From contig JBBAAG010000006.1 in the NCBI GenBank assembly GCA_041658405.1, forward strand, positions 6,004-70,003: a stretch of DNA of 64,000 nt, read 5' to 3'. Below, piece by piece: positions 25,957-35,657 of this stretch. Origin of the DNA: Elusimicrobiota bacterium. GTDB taxonomy: Bacteria > Elusimicrobiota > UBA5214 > JBBAAG01. The translations under genes and the position numbers were made by a program. The notes under the pieces are model-generated. The model was not told where the DNA came from and did no database searches. It saw only the letters and a program-made list of their open reading frames with translations. Within the stretch, counting starts at the first letter, position 1; each line of letters starts with the position of its first letter.

Positions 25957-26775
25957 GTGGAGAAAGCCGTAATCTTTGATATCCAGCGGTTCTCGGTTCA
26001 TGACGGGTACGGTATACGTACTACCGTATTTTTTAAGGGATGCACTCTTAATTGCGTATGGTGCCAGAACCCGGAATCGATTTCCGCGAAAAAACAGTTG
26101 TTGTTTCATTCCGAACTTTGTATTACCTGCGGTGCGTGCGCAATAATTTGTGGTAACGGGCATAAGATTTTACATAATAAACATGTATTCAATCGCAGGC
26201 CTTGTATATCGTGCGGGAAATGTACGTCCGCGTGCTTGACAAAAGCGTTGGTGGTTTCCGGGAAGGAAGTTACTGTAAACGATATCTGTGATGAAGTGGT
26301 GAAGGATAAAAAGTTTTATAGTTCTTCCGGTGGGGGTGTAACATTTTCGGGGGGTGAGCCTCTGGTATACTCATTGTTTATCCGCAGGGTAATGGATAAA
26401 TTGAAGAAAGTAAAGGTCGGGGTTGCAATCCAAACCGCGGGGAATGTTAAATGGGAAAATATTGAACGCGTGATCGATGCTGATATTTTTATGTATGACC
26501 TTAAACTTATGGATCCCGGGCTTCATAAAAAGTATACAGGATATTCCAATGACCTTATACTCCAGAATCTCAGGAAATTATCTGCCCTGCGTAAAGTAGT
26601 TGTGCGGACACCGTTAATCCCCGGGATCACTGATACCAAAAAAAATGTTGCTGCTATAAAACGTTTTGTGTCTGCACTACCAAACGTTATAGAATTAAAG
26701 TTCCTGCCTTATAACGAATTCACGCCGGCAAAATATAATGCGTTAGGGCTTAAATATAAACTTCGCAGCATTTAA
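25957..26775 (+). CDS. glycyl-radical enzyme activating enzyme (radical SAM)
   Basis: GTG start 18 nt after the GRE stop. CTLNCVWC is the CxxxCxxC radical-SAM motif. A ferredoxin-like Cys cluster CITCGACAIIC is present. The N-terminus IFDIQRFSVHDGYGIRTTVFFKGC is typical of GRE activases. Confidence 0.85.
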   Translation: MEKAVIFDIQRFSVHDGYGIRTTVFFKGCTLNCVWCQNPESISAKKQLLFHSELCITCGACAIICGNGHKILHNKHVFNRRPCISCGKCTSACLTKALVVSGKEVTVNDICDEVVKDKKFYSSSGGGVTFSGGEPLVYSLFIRRVMDKLKKVKVGVAIQTAGNVKWENIERVIDADIFMYDLKLMDPGLHKKYTGYSNDLILQNLRKLSALRKVVVRTPLIPGITDTKKNVAAIKRFVSALPNVIELKFLPYNEFTPAKYNALGLKYKLRSI

Positions 26776-26824
26776 TATTTCATAGTATTTACAAAAATAT
26801 TTAAATGTGATATATTTTTTTATT

Positions 26825-27928
26825 ATGAAAACGCCATATTATTTTATCGACGAAAATAAGTTGATGTATAATCTTCTTAAAATAGAGAAGTTGCGCAAAC
26901 TTTCCGGGACAAAGTCAGTGCTCGCGCTTAAATGTTTTTCTACATGGTCAGTATTCAACCTTATGCGTAAGTATATGGATGGAACCACAAGTAGTTCGTT
27001 GTACGAAGCAAGGCTTGGGCATGAAAAGTTTGGGAAAGAAGTTCATGCGTACAGTGTTGCATGGAAGGATAACGAAATCAGTGAAGTAAAAAAGTATGCA
27101 AGTAAGGTTATCTTCAATTCTATTTCTCAATTAAACCGTTTTTATAGAGAAGTCAGGACGTTGCCTTTGGGTTTACGTGTGAACCCCGGGATTAGTTATT
27201 CGCATTTTGACCTTGCAAATCCTGTACGTAAATATTCGCGGTTAGGCGTGTGCAGTATTAATGATGTAGAACGCGTGCTTCCAAAAATATCCGGGTTAAT
27301 GTTTCATTATAACTGCGAGAATAATGACTATAAAAACATCTGCCAAAACCTTAGTTTCATCGCGGATAAATACGGGAAAATACTGAAAAAACTTGACTGG
27401 GTAAGCCTTGGCGGCGGGTATTATTTTACGCAGAAAGGGTTCCCGCTTGAAAAGTTTGCACATAAACTCAAGGAGTTTAGCACAACTTTTGGTGTGCAGG
27501 TATACCTTGAACCCGGGGAAAGTTCTATCACTCAAAGCGCAGAGCTTGTCACTACAGTCGTAGATATTGTGCGTAACAAAAAAAGTGTTGCGATAGTCGA
27601 CGCATCAACGGAAGCGCATATGCTTGACCTCCTGATCTACCGCATCCCGGCGAAGATGGAATACGGTATAAGTAAAACCGGAAAGCATAGGTACATCGTT
27701 GCGGGACGGTCATGTTTAGCGGGTGATATTTTTGGTGAGTACTCTTTTAAATCGCCGTTGCGGATAGGCAGTGAACTGCGTATTACCGACGCTGCGGGGT
27801 ATACTATGGTGAAAAAAAACTGGTTCAACGGTTTACAAATGCCGTCGATTGTAGTGAAAAGGTTAAACGGTAAATTGGACATCATAAAAAGTTTTAGTTA
27901 TAATGATTTTAAAGATAGTTTGTCGTAA
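26825..27928 (+). CDS. nspC: carboxynorspermidine/carboxyspermidine decarboxylase (fold-III PLP decarboxylase)
   Basis: About 368 aa. The N-terminus MKTPYYFIDENKL and the adjacent CANSDH gene fit the alternative spermidine pathway. The ORF track offers a GTG at 26807; the ATG at 26825 is preferred. Confidence 0.6.
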   Translation: MKTPYYFIDENKLMYNLLKIEKLRKLSGTKSVLALKCFSTWSVFNLMRKYMDGTTSSSLYEARLGHEKFGKEVHAYSVAWKDNEISEVKKYASKVIFNSISQLNRFYREVRTLPLGLRVNPGISYSHFDLANPVRKYSRLGVCSINDVERVLPKISGLMFHYNCENNDYKNICQNLSFIADKYGKILKKLDWVSLGGGYYFTQKGFPLEKFAHKLKEFSTTFGVQVYLEPGESSITQSAELVTTVVDIVRNKKSVAIVDASTEAHMLDLLIYRIPAKMEYGISKTGKHRYIVAGRSCLAGDIFGEYSFKSPLRIGSELRITDAAGYTMVKKNWFNGLQMPSIVVKRLNGKLDIIKSFSYNDFKDSLS

Positions 27929-27953
27929 TATGAAACAAGGAGATTAAGTTTAG

Positions 27954-29189
27954 ATGAGAAAGAACGTGTTGATCATCGGTGCGGGCGGTGTTTCGCATGT
28001 AGCAGCGCATAAGGCTGCAATGCATAACGACGTATTAGGCGATATCTGTATAGCGTCACGGACACAAAAAAAGTGTGATGCTATAATAGAAAGCGTTAAC
28101 CGAAAAAATAATGTTAAGGATAAAAGTAAAAAACTGTATTCCCGCCAGGTCAACGCATTAGACGTAGCTGCAACAAGTAAGCTTATCAAAGAAACAAAAT
28201 CTGATATCGTCCTTAACCTCGGGCAGGCGTATGTTAATATGTCAGTCCTTGAAGCATGTATCAATACCGGTGCGGTGTATATGGATACCGCAATACATGA
28301 AGATCCGGGTAAGGTATGCGAGGACCCGCCCTGGTACGCGAACTACGAATGGAAACGCCGTGACCGGTGTAAGGACAATAAGGTTACAGCAATCCTTGGG
28401 GTTGGGTTTGATCCCGGTATAGTCAACGCATGGTGCGCGCTTGCGGTAAAGCATTACTTCGACAAGATTGATACCATCGATATTATGGATGTCAACGCAG
28501 GTAGTCACGGTAAATATTTCGCAACAAACTTTGATCCTGAGATAAACTTCCGTGAGTTCAAAAAAGTGTGGACATGGATTGACCGTAAATGGGTGGAAGC
28601 TAAAGTACATGATGTGAAACGGTTCTACAACTTCCCGGTTGTCGGTAAACTGCCGATATATCTTAACGGCCATGACGAACTTCATTCGTTATCAAAAAAT
28701 ATTGATGCTAATAGTATCCGTTTTTGGATGGGTTTCGGGGATCATTATATTAATGTGTTCACAGTACTTACCAAGCTCGGGTTAACCTCCGAGAAACCGA
28801 TTAAGACCGCGGAAGGTGTTGAGGTTATACCGCTGAAAGTCCTGAAAGCATTACTTCCCGACCCGTCGTCATTAGCGCCGGGGTATACCGGTAAAACGTG
28901 TATCGGTAATCTTATTAAAGGAACTAAAGACGGGAAACCTAAGAAAGTGTTTATCTACAATATCTGTGACCATGCGGAGTGTTATAAAGAAATTGAAGCA
29001 CAGGCAATTTCGTATACTGCCGGAGTGCCGCCCATAGCTGCAGCGATGCTTGTCGCTAACGGTAAGTGGGATGTCAAACGTATGGTCAATGTTGAAGAAC
29101 TTGACCCGGACCCGTTTATTGAACTGCTAAACGGTATGGGCTTACCAACAGAAGTGTTGGAGAACCCGCCTGAACAGGAAATGCCATAA
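27954..29189 (+). CDS. carboxynorspermidine synthase/dehydrogenase (saccharopine dehydrogenase family)
   Basis: AAGGAG RBS. The N-terminal Rossmann motif is VLIIGAGGVSHVAAHKAA. The 411-aa length and the neighbouring nspC fit a CANSDH. Confidence 0.65.
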   Translation: MRKNVLIIGAGGVSHVAAHKAAMHNDVLGDICIASRTQKKCDAIIESVNRKNNVKDKSKKLYSRQVNALDVAATSKLIKETKSDIVLNLGQAYVNMSVLEACINTGAVYMDTAIHEDPGKVCEDPPWYANYEWKRRDRCKDNKVTAILGVGFDPGIVNAWCALAVKHYFDKIDTIDIMDVNAGSHGKYFATNFDPEINFREFKKVWTWIDRKWVEAKVHDVKRFYNFPVVGKLPIYLNGHDELHSLSKNIDANSIRFWMGFGDHYINVFTVLTKLGLTSEKPIKTAEGVEVIPLKVLKALLPDPSSLAPGYTGKTCIGNLIKGTKDGKPKKVFIYNICDHAECYKEIEAQAISYTAGVPPIAAAMLVANGKWDVKRMVNVEELDPDPFIELLNGMGLPTEVLENPPEQEMP

Positions 29190-29208
29190 TATATTTTCTG
29201 TAGAGTGT

Positions 29209-30393
29209 TTATGTGCGTATCTTCAACGTAAACACAAGGTTTACCAGTGCGAGTACTGCGCCGCTGAGGAAAATGTATTCGTACCCGAACCGAGTCCATA
29301 CAATACCGCCGAGTAATGCAACACTTATCGAGAATACGTGGTCAATCGACGTTCCTGCGGATAATGTTGCGGTAACGTCCTGCGGAGATAATGCTACTTT
29401 CTTAAGATACGTAGCGCGGGCCATACTCACAGACATTAGCAGCTGGTCTATGATATAACACCCGCTGATGATTGCCAGTGCAACACCATGGCTGAACATT
29501 TTACCTGCAAATCCATAGAATACGCAGACAAATACTGTCATCACGGTTTCTATAGAAAGGATCACGCGTTCACCGTACTTATCGATCCATCTCCCGAGTA
29601 AGGGTTTGAATACTATACCTATAATCCCGCCGATAGTGAGCAACGTTGCGATTGCCTGTGTTGGCTGCATATACACGGTGATCAATACCCACGGAGCGAA
29701 GGTCATGAATAACTGTTTTCTCGTGCCGAACATCACGGTTAGGATGTAATACAAATAGTACTCTTTCCGGTAAACAAGTTTTGTTTTAAACGGGACGGGC
29801 ATATTTTTTTTCATCCCGAATATTAACCCCGCAGCGAGAAGCAGGAATACAGCGGAAATTATGAATGCCGTGGGAAAGTTTAACCTCAAATATTTGAACC
29901 CCAGAAAAATAAAGAAACTACCGGCAATCGCTGCGAAATTACCCGCACCCTGTAACTGCCCAAGCCGGCGGCCGGTCTTCCCATCCCTCGCGAGTTCCAT
30001 CCCGATATCCGAGGTTAACGGCAAAAATATGTGCTGGCCTAAACTGAAGATAAACAGCCAGGCAAGCATTACAGAAAAACTTTTTGCTGTAAGGGCAATT
30101 AATAATATCCCGATGGCAGCAAGAACCTGTGATACCGCTGCCAAAGTGCGGTTACAAAAGAAAAATAGTAGTGCAGATATAAAAACTACCATCACACCGG
30201 GAAGTTCACGCGGGAGTTCAATCACTGTCCTCTGCAGGCTCGTGATAGCGTATTGTTCATTCAAGAAGTTGTTGAATGTAGACTCCACAATACTTGACGC
30301 AAAGCCAATGAATACAGTTGCCAGTAAAAATAGCCAGAAGTCGCGGGGTAATGATCTTGCTTTATCTTTAAACTGTTCAATATACTTTTTCAA
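29209..30393 (-). CDS. MFS transporter (12 TM)
   Basis: 394-aa hydrophobic protein convergent with the CANSDH gene. It has a GRRLGQLQG-type MFS loop. Confidence 0.7.
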   Translation of the reverse strand: MKKYIEQFKDKARSLPRDFWLFLLATVFIGFASSIVESTFNNFLNEQYAITSLQRTVIELPRELPGVMVVFISALLFFFCNRTLAAVSQVLAAIGILLIALTAKSFSVMLAWLFIFSLGQHIFLPLTSDIGMELARDGKTGRRLGQLQGAGNFAAIAGSFFIFLGFKYLRLNFPTAFIISAVFLLLAAGLIFGMKKNMPVPFKTKLVYRKEYYLYYILTVMFGTRKQLFMTFAPWVLITVYMQPTQAIATLLTIGGIIGIVFKPLLGRWIDKYGERVILSIETVMTVFVCVFYGFAGKMFSHGVALAIISGCYIIDQLLMSVSMARATYLKKVALSPQDVTATLSAGTSIDHVFSISVALLGGIVWTRFGYEYIFLSGAVLALVNLVFTLKIRT

Positions 30394-30465
30394 AAAATAA
30401 TCCTTATGTTCTGTTGATACTATAGTTTATAACAAAAAATGTGTTAAGTTGTTATAATATTGATT

Positions 30466-32409
30466 ATGAATATATTTATCGTAGTTATAATTTTACTCTG
30501 TATCCCTGTTACGGGATATACCGCCACGTCAATCGATGCGGATAATACAAATATACAGTATATCGGCCGGATAGATTTTAGTAACCCAAAAAAACCTGCG
30601 TTTGACTGGTCCGGCGCGTATATTTACGCAAGGTTTACCGGTACCTCATGTAAGATCAGGGTACAGGAGCCAATGGCGGATTGTTGGTATAACGTTTTTG
30701 TTGATAACGCAGCGCAGCCGCTGGTTATTGGTTCGACAGTAGCAGCGGCAGTGGTATATCCTGTTGCCAGCGGGCTAGCGGATACCACGCATTCAATACT
30801 TATCACGCGAAGAAATGAAGCGTCACTCGGGAAAACACAGTTTCTCGGGTTTATCCTCGATACTGGGGAGGCATTACAGGCATGTCCCGCGCGTCCCACA
30901 CGGAGGATTGAAGCAATCGGTGATTCAATCACCTGCGGGTATGGCAATATGGGCGCCGCGACGGATACTTTTAAAAAGTCTACGGAAAACAATTATCTTA
31001 CTTACGAAGCAATAGCTGCACGGGCGTTAAACGCAGATTTTACAGTTGTTGCATGGTCAGGGAAGGGTGTTATACGCAACTACGACGATTCAGTAACGGC
31101 TTCCGCTACGCCATTACCTATGTATTATTACCGTACATTGGGGAATAGTGTTAATTCCTCAACCTGGACTTTTATACCTCAACCACAGGTTATTACGATA
31201 CATCTTGGGACTAATGATTTCTCAACTAGCCCGAATCCCAGCCAAACACAGTTTGAGAACGCGTACCTCGCATTTGTCCAACAGATACGGTTAAGGAATC
31301 CTGATGCGCATATCGTATGTATTTACAGTACATTAATAAAAAGCGCGGTCAAGCCGTATATCCAGGATGTGGTAACACAATCGGGGGATAGTAAAGTACA
31401 TTTCGCGGATCTCGGAGTTACGCTTAACTATCCCGCAGACTGGGGTGCCAGCGGGCATCCAAACGTAAGCGGGCATCAGAAAATGGCAAATGCGCTGGTA
31501 CCGTTGATACAAAACTTTTTTGTTGCGGATTCAACTCCGGTTAATACCGCACCGGAAACGCCGTATACACTTACCGGCAGCAGTTATACTCTGACGAATA
31601 CCACCTGCACGTTTAATACTGCCGCCACCGATCCTGATGGTGATAATGTGAAGTACCGGTACGACTGGGGTGACGGAACTACAACGGAGACTACACTGCA
31701 AACTTCTGGAGTAACGGTATCCGTACAGCATTCATGGCCCGCAATCGGGCAGTATAGTGTTAAAACAAAAGCTGTTGATGAGCATAACGAAGAATCCGCG
31801 TGGTCAGCTGTATTAACCGTGAGGGTATCTTCCGTAACGTATTACTGCACTCTCAGCACCTCAATAAACCAGGTTGAGTGGGGATACATAACAAAAACAC
31901 CGGAGAAAAGTGTTTATATTAAAGGTGAACAATTACAACTTACTGCTGTCCCGTCTGAAGGTTATAGGTTCACGAGTTGGTCCGGCGGGGTGACGAGCGA
32001 AACAAATCCATTGACCTTAGCATTGGCTACCAATACCGCAGTAACCGCAAATTTTGAGATCATCATCCAAAGTACTTTTAGTTTAACCATAAATATATCC
32101 CCTACCGGTGCGGGGGCCGTTACAAAACAGCCGAATATGATACATTACTCATCGGGGACTACGGTAACGCTTACCGCAAAAGCGGCAGAGGGTTATGCTT
32201 TTAAAGAATGGGCCGGTGATGTTATGAGTACGTCTAATCCAGTAACGTTTAAGATGTCTTCCCCAAAAACTCTTACCGCCGTATTTGACGTGCGGGCGGT
32301 TGAGCAAGAAGATACTGTAAAACCTGCGGAAGTTCATATCGGTTCAAGCGGGGGTATCCGCAAAAAAATCGGTGAGTTAAAACAAAAAATGTCTTCCACA
32401 GGACAGTGA
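30466..32409 (+). CDS. secreted SGNH/GDSL hydrolase fused to a PKD domain and two divergent InlB B-repeat (Listeria-Bacteroides repeat) domains
   Basis: ATG at 30466 after a TATAAT. Signal peptide. IEAIGDSITCGYG is a GDS(L) motif. KYRYDWGDGTT is a PKD motif. YRFTSWSGGVTSETNPLTLALATNTAVTANF and YAFKEWAGDVMSTSNPVTFKMSSPKTLTAVF are the LBR-type repeats. Confidence 0.75.
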   Translation: MNIFIVVIILLCIPVTGYTATSIDADNTNIQYIGRIDFSNPKKPAFDWSGAYIYARFTGTSCKIRVQEPMADCWYNVFVDNAAQPLVIGSTVAAAVVYPVASGLADTTHSILITRRNEASLGKTQFLGFILDTGEALQACPARPTRRIEAIGDSITCGYGNMGAATDTFKKSTENNYLTYEAIAARALNADFTVVAWSGKGVIRNYDDSVTASATPLPMYYYRTLGNSVNSSTWTFIPQPQVITIHLGTNDFSTSPNPSQTQFENAYLAFVQQIRLRNPDAHIVCIYSTLIKSAVKPYIQDVVTQSGDSKVHFADLGVTLNYPADWGASGHPNVSGHQKMANALVPLIQNFFVADSTPVNTAPETPYTLTGSSYTLTNTTCTFNTAATDPDGDNVKYRYDWGDGTTTETTLQTSGVTVSVQHSWPAIGQYSVKTKAVDEHNEESAWSAVLTVRVSSVTYYCTLSTSINQVEWGYITKTPEKSVYIKGEQLQLTAVPSEGYRFTSWSGGVTSETNPLTLALATNTAVTANFEIIIQSTFSLTINISPTGAGAVTKQPNMIHYSSGTTVTLTAKAAEGYAFKEWAGDVMSTSNPVTFKMSSPKTLTAVFDVRAVEQEDTVKPAEVHIGSSGGIRKKIGELKQKMSSTGQ

Positions 32410-32410
32410 T

Positions 32411-32881
32411 ATGAACTTATACAAAAAAATATGTACTACCGCGGTTCTGGTGTATATCCTCGCAATCCCTTCTTCTGTGGTAGCTGCCTCAAAGATGGAT
32501 CTCGGGGTAACATTAGGTACTTACGGTATCGGCGCAAAGGTTGGGTTTACCAATAATTTTGCAGCGGAACTACGGTATGCACTTGAACCAGATGTGCATA
32601 ACACATCCTTCCGTGGATGTTATTTGTTCTTACAAAATAAGAATTTGTCACCGTTTGCCGGGGTTGAGTACGGGTTGATAGATTTTGTAGCGGAAGATAT
32701 CACGGGTACTGGGAATATGATGAACGCTTTTATCGGGAGTGAATTACGGTTAAAACCCTGGCTTGCATTAAATATTGACCTCGCGTATTCGTATGTCACG
32801 CTTACCTCGGGGGATTATAGTGTTGCCGGGCCGGAATGGTTGTTCAATGCAGGTATTGTGTTTTACCTTAAAACTAATTAA
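32411..32881 (+). CDS. small outer-membrane beta-barrel protein (8-strand OmpA-TM/OMP_b-brl-like)
   Basis: Translationally coupled (TGAtATG) to the upstream gene. It has a signal peptide and alternating amphipathic strands. It is a paralogue of the ORF at 51457-51933 (shared SPFAGVEYG / LPFAGVEVD). Confidence 0.6.
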   Translation: MNLYKKICTTAVLVYILAIPSSVVAASKMDLGVTLGTYGIGAKVGFTNNFAAELRYALEPDVHNTSFRGCYLFLQNKNLSPFAGVEYGLIDFVAEDITGTGNMMNAFIGSELRLKPWLALNIDLAYSYVTLTSGDYSVAGPEWLFNAGIVFYLKTN

Positions 32882-32914
32882 TAATTATAGAATAAGGATG
32901 GGGGTAATAAAAGA

Positions 32915-35314
32915 ATGAGAGAACAAAAAATGTGTGTTTTAGCAGCGGTATTGGTAGCTTTAACTGTAATACCGGTACTTGCAGCGGATGATGAACCCGA
33001 GGATGTGAGCTCAACAATAACAGCGGCGGTACAACCGGTGAGTATAACAGTATCGGGTGCTGTGTTTATTGACAAAAACGGGAATAATGTTATGGATCCC
33101 GGCGAAAACGGTATTGAAGGTATACAAATAACTGATGGTGTAAGTATTATCCTTACCGGCAAAGACGGGACGTACAAAATCGTTGCAGACTACATAAAAT
33201 CACCGTTTGTATATGCCACCCAGCCTAACGGTTACAGATTCGCAGGGAAGTTTTATACATATATCACAACAGTAACTGCTGTGATGACGTCAAACTTCGG
33301 GATTGTCCCGGTTGAGGGTTCAACCTCACCTGATCATACGTTTGTGCATATAACGGATATCCATATCGGCAGAGGCGGGCTTGGCACTGTTTATGATAAT
33401 GCAGTGAAAGAGATTAACGGATTAACCCCAAAACCTGCGTTTATAACAGCTACCGGCGATCTTGTGAATGCAGGGAAGGATACAAAAAGTTATGAAAAGT
33501 ATGCCGATATCATAAGTAAGTTTAACCTTCCGATATACAACGTTTTGGGAAACCACGATATACCGGTAAAGAATTATGAAATGTTCTTAGGCCCTGCGTA
33601 TTACTCCTTTGATTACGGTACCCGGCATTTTGTTGTGGTCAACTGCAAAGAAGAGAACAGGTATACGCCATGGCTTATGCAGGACCTGGAATTGAATAAA
33701 GACAAAGAAATTGTGGTGTTCCAGCACTACCACCCGGAGAAAAAGTTGCTGGATTTACTGTCAAAATATAACACCAGGGCATTATTATTCGGGCACTGGC
33801 ATTCTACACGGACAATAATGTACGGTAAGATAATGATTATCGCTACACAATCATGGTTATTCGGGGGTATAGACTTTTCACCAAAAGGTTTCCGTGTGAT
33901 AACATTCAAAAACGGTAAATTATCGGCCGAAATTAAGTACTCTGGAATTACGCGCCACGCAGTTATCGCAAGTCCCGCACAGGAAGTTCGGGCAGGTGAG
34001 GATATAGATATACGTGTTAACCTGTACGATACGGTATCCGGTATCGCTGCGGTTGAGGCGAAGATCGATAACGGTAAATCTTTGGTATTAACCCCGCAAG
34101 GCGGATGGTTATGGAAAACCCAGGTACCTGTCCCGGGTAAAAAGTTGTCAACGGGTAAACACATAGTATCTATAAAAGTTCACGGGGTGGATGGTTCAAC
34201 ACTAGGCATGTCTTCTGAGTTTATGATAACTAAAACCCCGGTGGTAACTTCCCCGAAGTTGGTTAGCACAGTGTATGCCGGTAACAATACAGCGTTCTCA
34301 TCACCGGCAATATACAAAAACACAACAATTGTTGGAACACAGGATGATAGGACAGTAGATACCAGCGCAATTGTTGCAGTTGATAACACAGCGGGTAAAG
34401 TTGTGTGGAAGTACGGTACTGACAGTGCGGTCATCGGCAGTGTTGTGATAAACAACGGTATTGCTTATGGTATTTCCGTTACGGGTACGTTGTACGCGGT
34501 AAACGCAGAGGACGGTGTATTACGCTGGAAGTATACATTGAACGCTCCGGAACAGCGCTGGGTATACAATGCTCCGGAAGTAAAGGACGGGGTTGTATAT
34601 TTTGGTGTACCGTCACAGTTTGTTGCGTTAGATGCGAATACCGGATACCAAGTATGGGCATCAACGGGGTTAGGCAGTACGGACTGGATAAGTACGAGGA
34701 TGGCACCGTATAGCGACGGAAAAAATGTGTATATTGCATTTAACTGGCACGGCGTGCTTAACGCTGTGGATAAAACTACCGGGAGTACTGTTTGGCGGTA
34801 TAAGTTCGGCGGGCGGTATACCAGCGCAAAAGTCGCGGAGAACGGTAACTTAATATACTTCACAGCGGATAAAAAATTATACGCTATCGATAAAAGTACA
34901 GGCGGTGTAGTGTGGGCGTACACGGTTAAATCGCTGTGGAACGCATCAGAGCCGGTAGTAACCTCCGACGGGACCGGGCTTATCATCGGTACATCCGATG
35001 GGCAGGTGGTTAGATTAAACACCGCAGCGGGAACAAAAGTGTGGGAGTATCAAACCGGTAAAGAAATCGGGTGTTCATTACCCTACCGCAGTGCGGGTGT
35101 CAGCGCAGTGATGTCCTCACCGTTAATAGTAAATAATATGGTGTATGTCGGTTCAAATGATGGTAATGTTTACGCGCTGGATGCCGGGACAGGTGAAAAA
35201 AAGTGGGGATACACTCTTGGCGTGCCGGTAGTATCAAAACCGGTAGTTGAAGGGGATAAGGTTGTTATCGCAGCTACAGACGGGAATATCTATACACTCG
35301 AACAACCTAAATAG
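32915..35314 (+). CDS. secreted SdrD-B-like domain + calcineurin-like metallophosphoesterase + PQQ/BamB-like beta-propeller fusion
   Basis: Signal peptide. VSGAVFIDKNGNNVMDPGENGIEGIQITDG is an SdrD B-like/CnaB-type motif. MPE motifs are HITDIHIG, ATGDLVNAG, LGNHD and GHWHS. PQQ repeats fill the C-terminal half. It is a paralogue of the gene at 12278-14392. Confidence 0.75.
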   Translation: MREQKMCVLAAVLVALTVIPVLAADDEPEDVSSTITAAVQPVSITVSGAVFIDKNGNNVMDPGENGIEGIQITDGVSIILTGKDGTYKIVADYIKSPFVYATQPNGYRFAGKFYTYITTVTAVMTSNFGIVPVEGSTSPDHTFVHITDIHIGRGGLGTVYDNAVKEINGLTPKPAFITATGDLVNAGKDTKSYEKYADIISKFNLPIYNVLGNHDIPVKNYEMFLGPAYYSFDYGTRHFVVVNCKEENRYTPWLMQDLELNKDKEIVVFQHYHPEKKLLDLLSKYNTRALLFGHWHSTRTIMYGKIMIIATQSWLFGGIDFSPKGFRVITFKNGKLSAEIKYSGITRHAVIASPAQEVRAGEDIDIRVNLYDTVSGIAAVEAKIDNGKSLVLTPQGGWLWKTQVPVPGKKLSTGKHIVSIKVHGVDGSTLGMSSEFMITKTPVVTSPKLVSTVYAGNNTAFSSPAIYKNTTIVGTQDDRTVDTSAIVAVDNTAGKVVWKYGTDSAVIGSVVINNGIAYGISVTGTLYAVNAEDGVLRWKYTLNAPEQRWVYNAPEVKDGVVYFGVPSQFVALDANTGYQVWASTGLGSTDWISTRMAPYSDGKNVYIAFNWHGVLNAVDKTTGSTVWRYKFGGRYTSAKVAENGNLIYFTADKKLYAIDKSTGGVVWAYTVKSLWNASEPVVTSDGTGLIIGTSDGQVVRLNTAAGTKVWEYQTGKEIGCSLPYRSAGVSAVMSSPLIVNNMVYVGSNDGNVYALDAGTGEKKWGYTLGVPVVSKPVVEGDKVVIAATDGNIYTLEQPK

Positions 35315-35382
35315 ACAGTCCTTGATTTATTCGTGAGTATGTTTTATAATACTCTGCGTTCCGGTTTTTTGGGAGCACGGAT

Positions 35383-35455
35383 TCCCCGGTAGCTCAATTG
35401 GTAGAGCACCTGACTGTTAATCAGGTGGTTGATGGTTCGAGTCCACCCCGGGGAG
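35383..35455 (+). tRNA. tRNA-Asn (anticodon GTT)
   Basis: Manual fold: acceptor TCCCCGG/CCGGGGA, D-arm GCTC-AATTGGTA-GAGC, anticodon arm CCTGA-CTGTTAA-TCAGG, T-arm GATGG-TTCGAGT-CCACC, discriminator G, no encoded CCA. It closely resembles E. coli tRNA-Asn. Confidence 0.85.
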
Positions 35456-35657
35456 TTTTTTAGTTATAGTCCTACTCATTTCAAAACGTTTCACTAGTGC
35501 CATCTTTTACCATCCTGTACATTTTACCGCTTTAAGTACACTATACCTTTGACTACAAAGATGTTTCAATTTGTTTCACTGTTATCATTTAGTAATGGGG
35601 AACGTGCATGTTTTTATTGAAAGGGGGATTTATATGTGTACAGGTATTCGGATTTTG

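Noticed and set aside
34465-35022. 185-aa minus-strand ORF inside the second MPE-PQQ gene
   Set aside because: Antisense to a CDS with clear metallophosphoesterase motifs and PQQ repeats.
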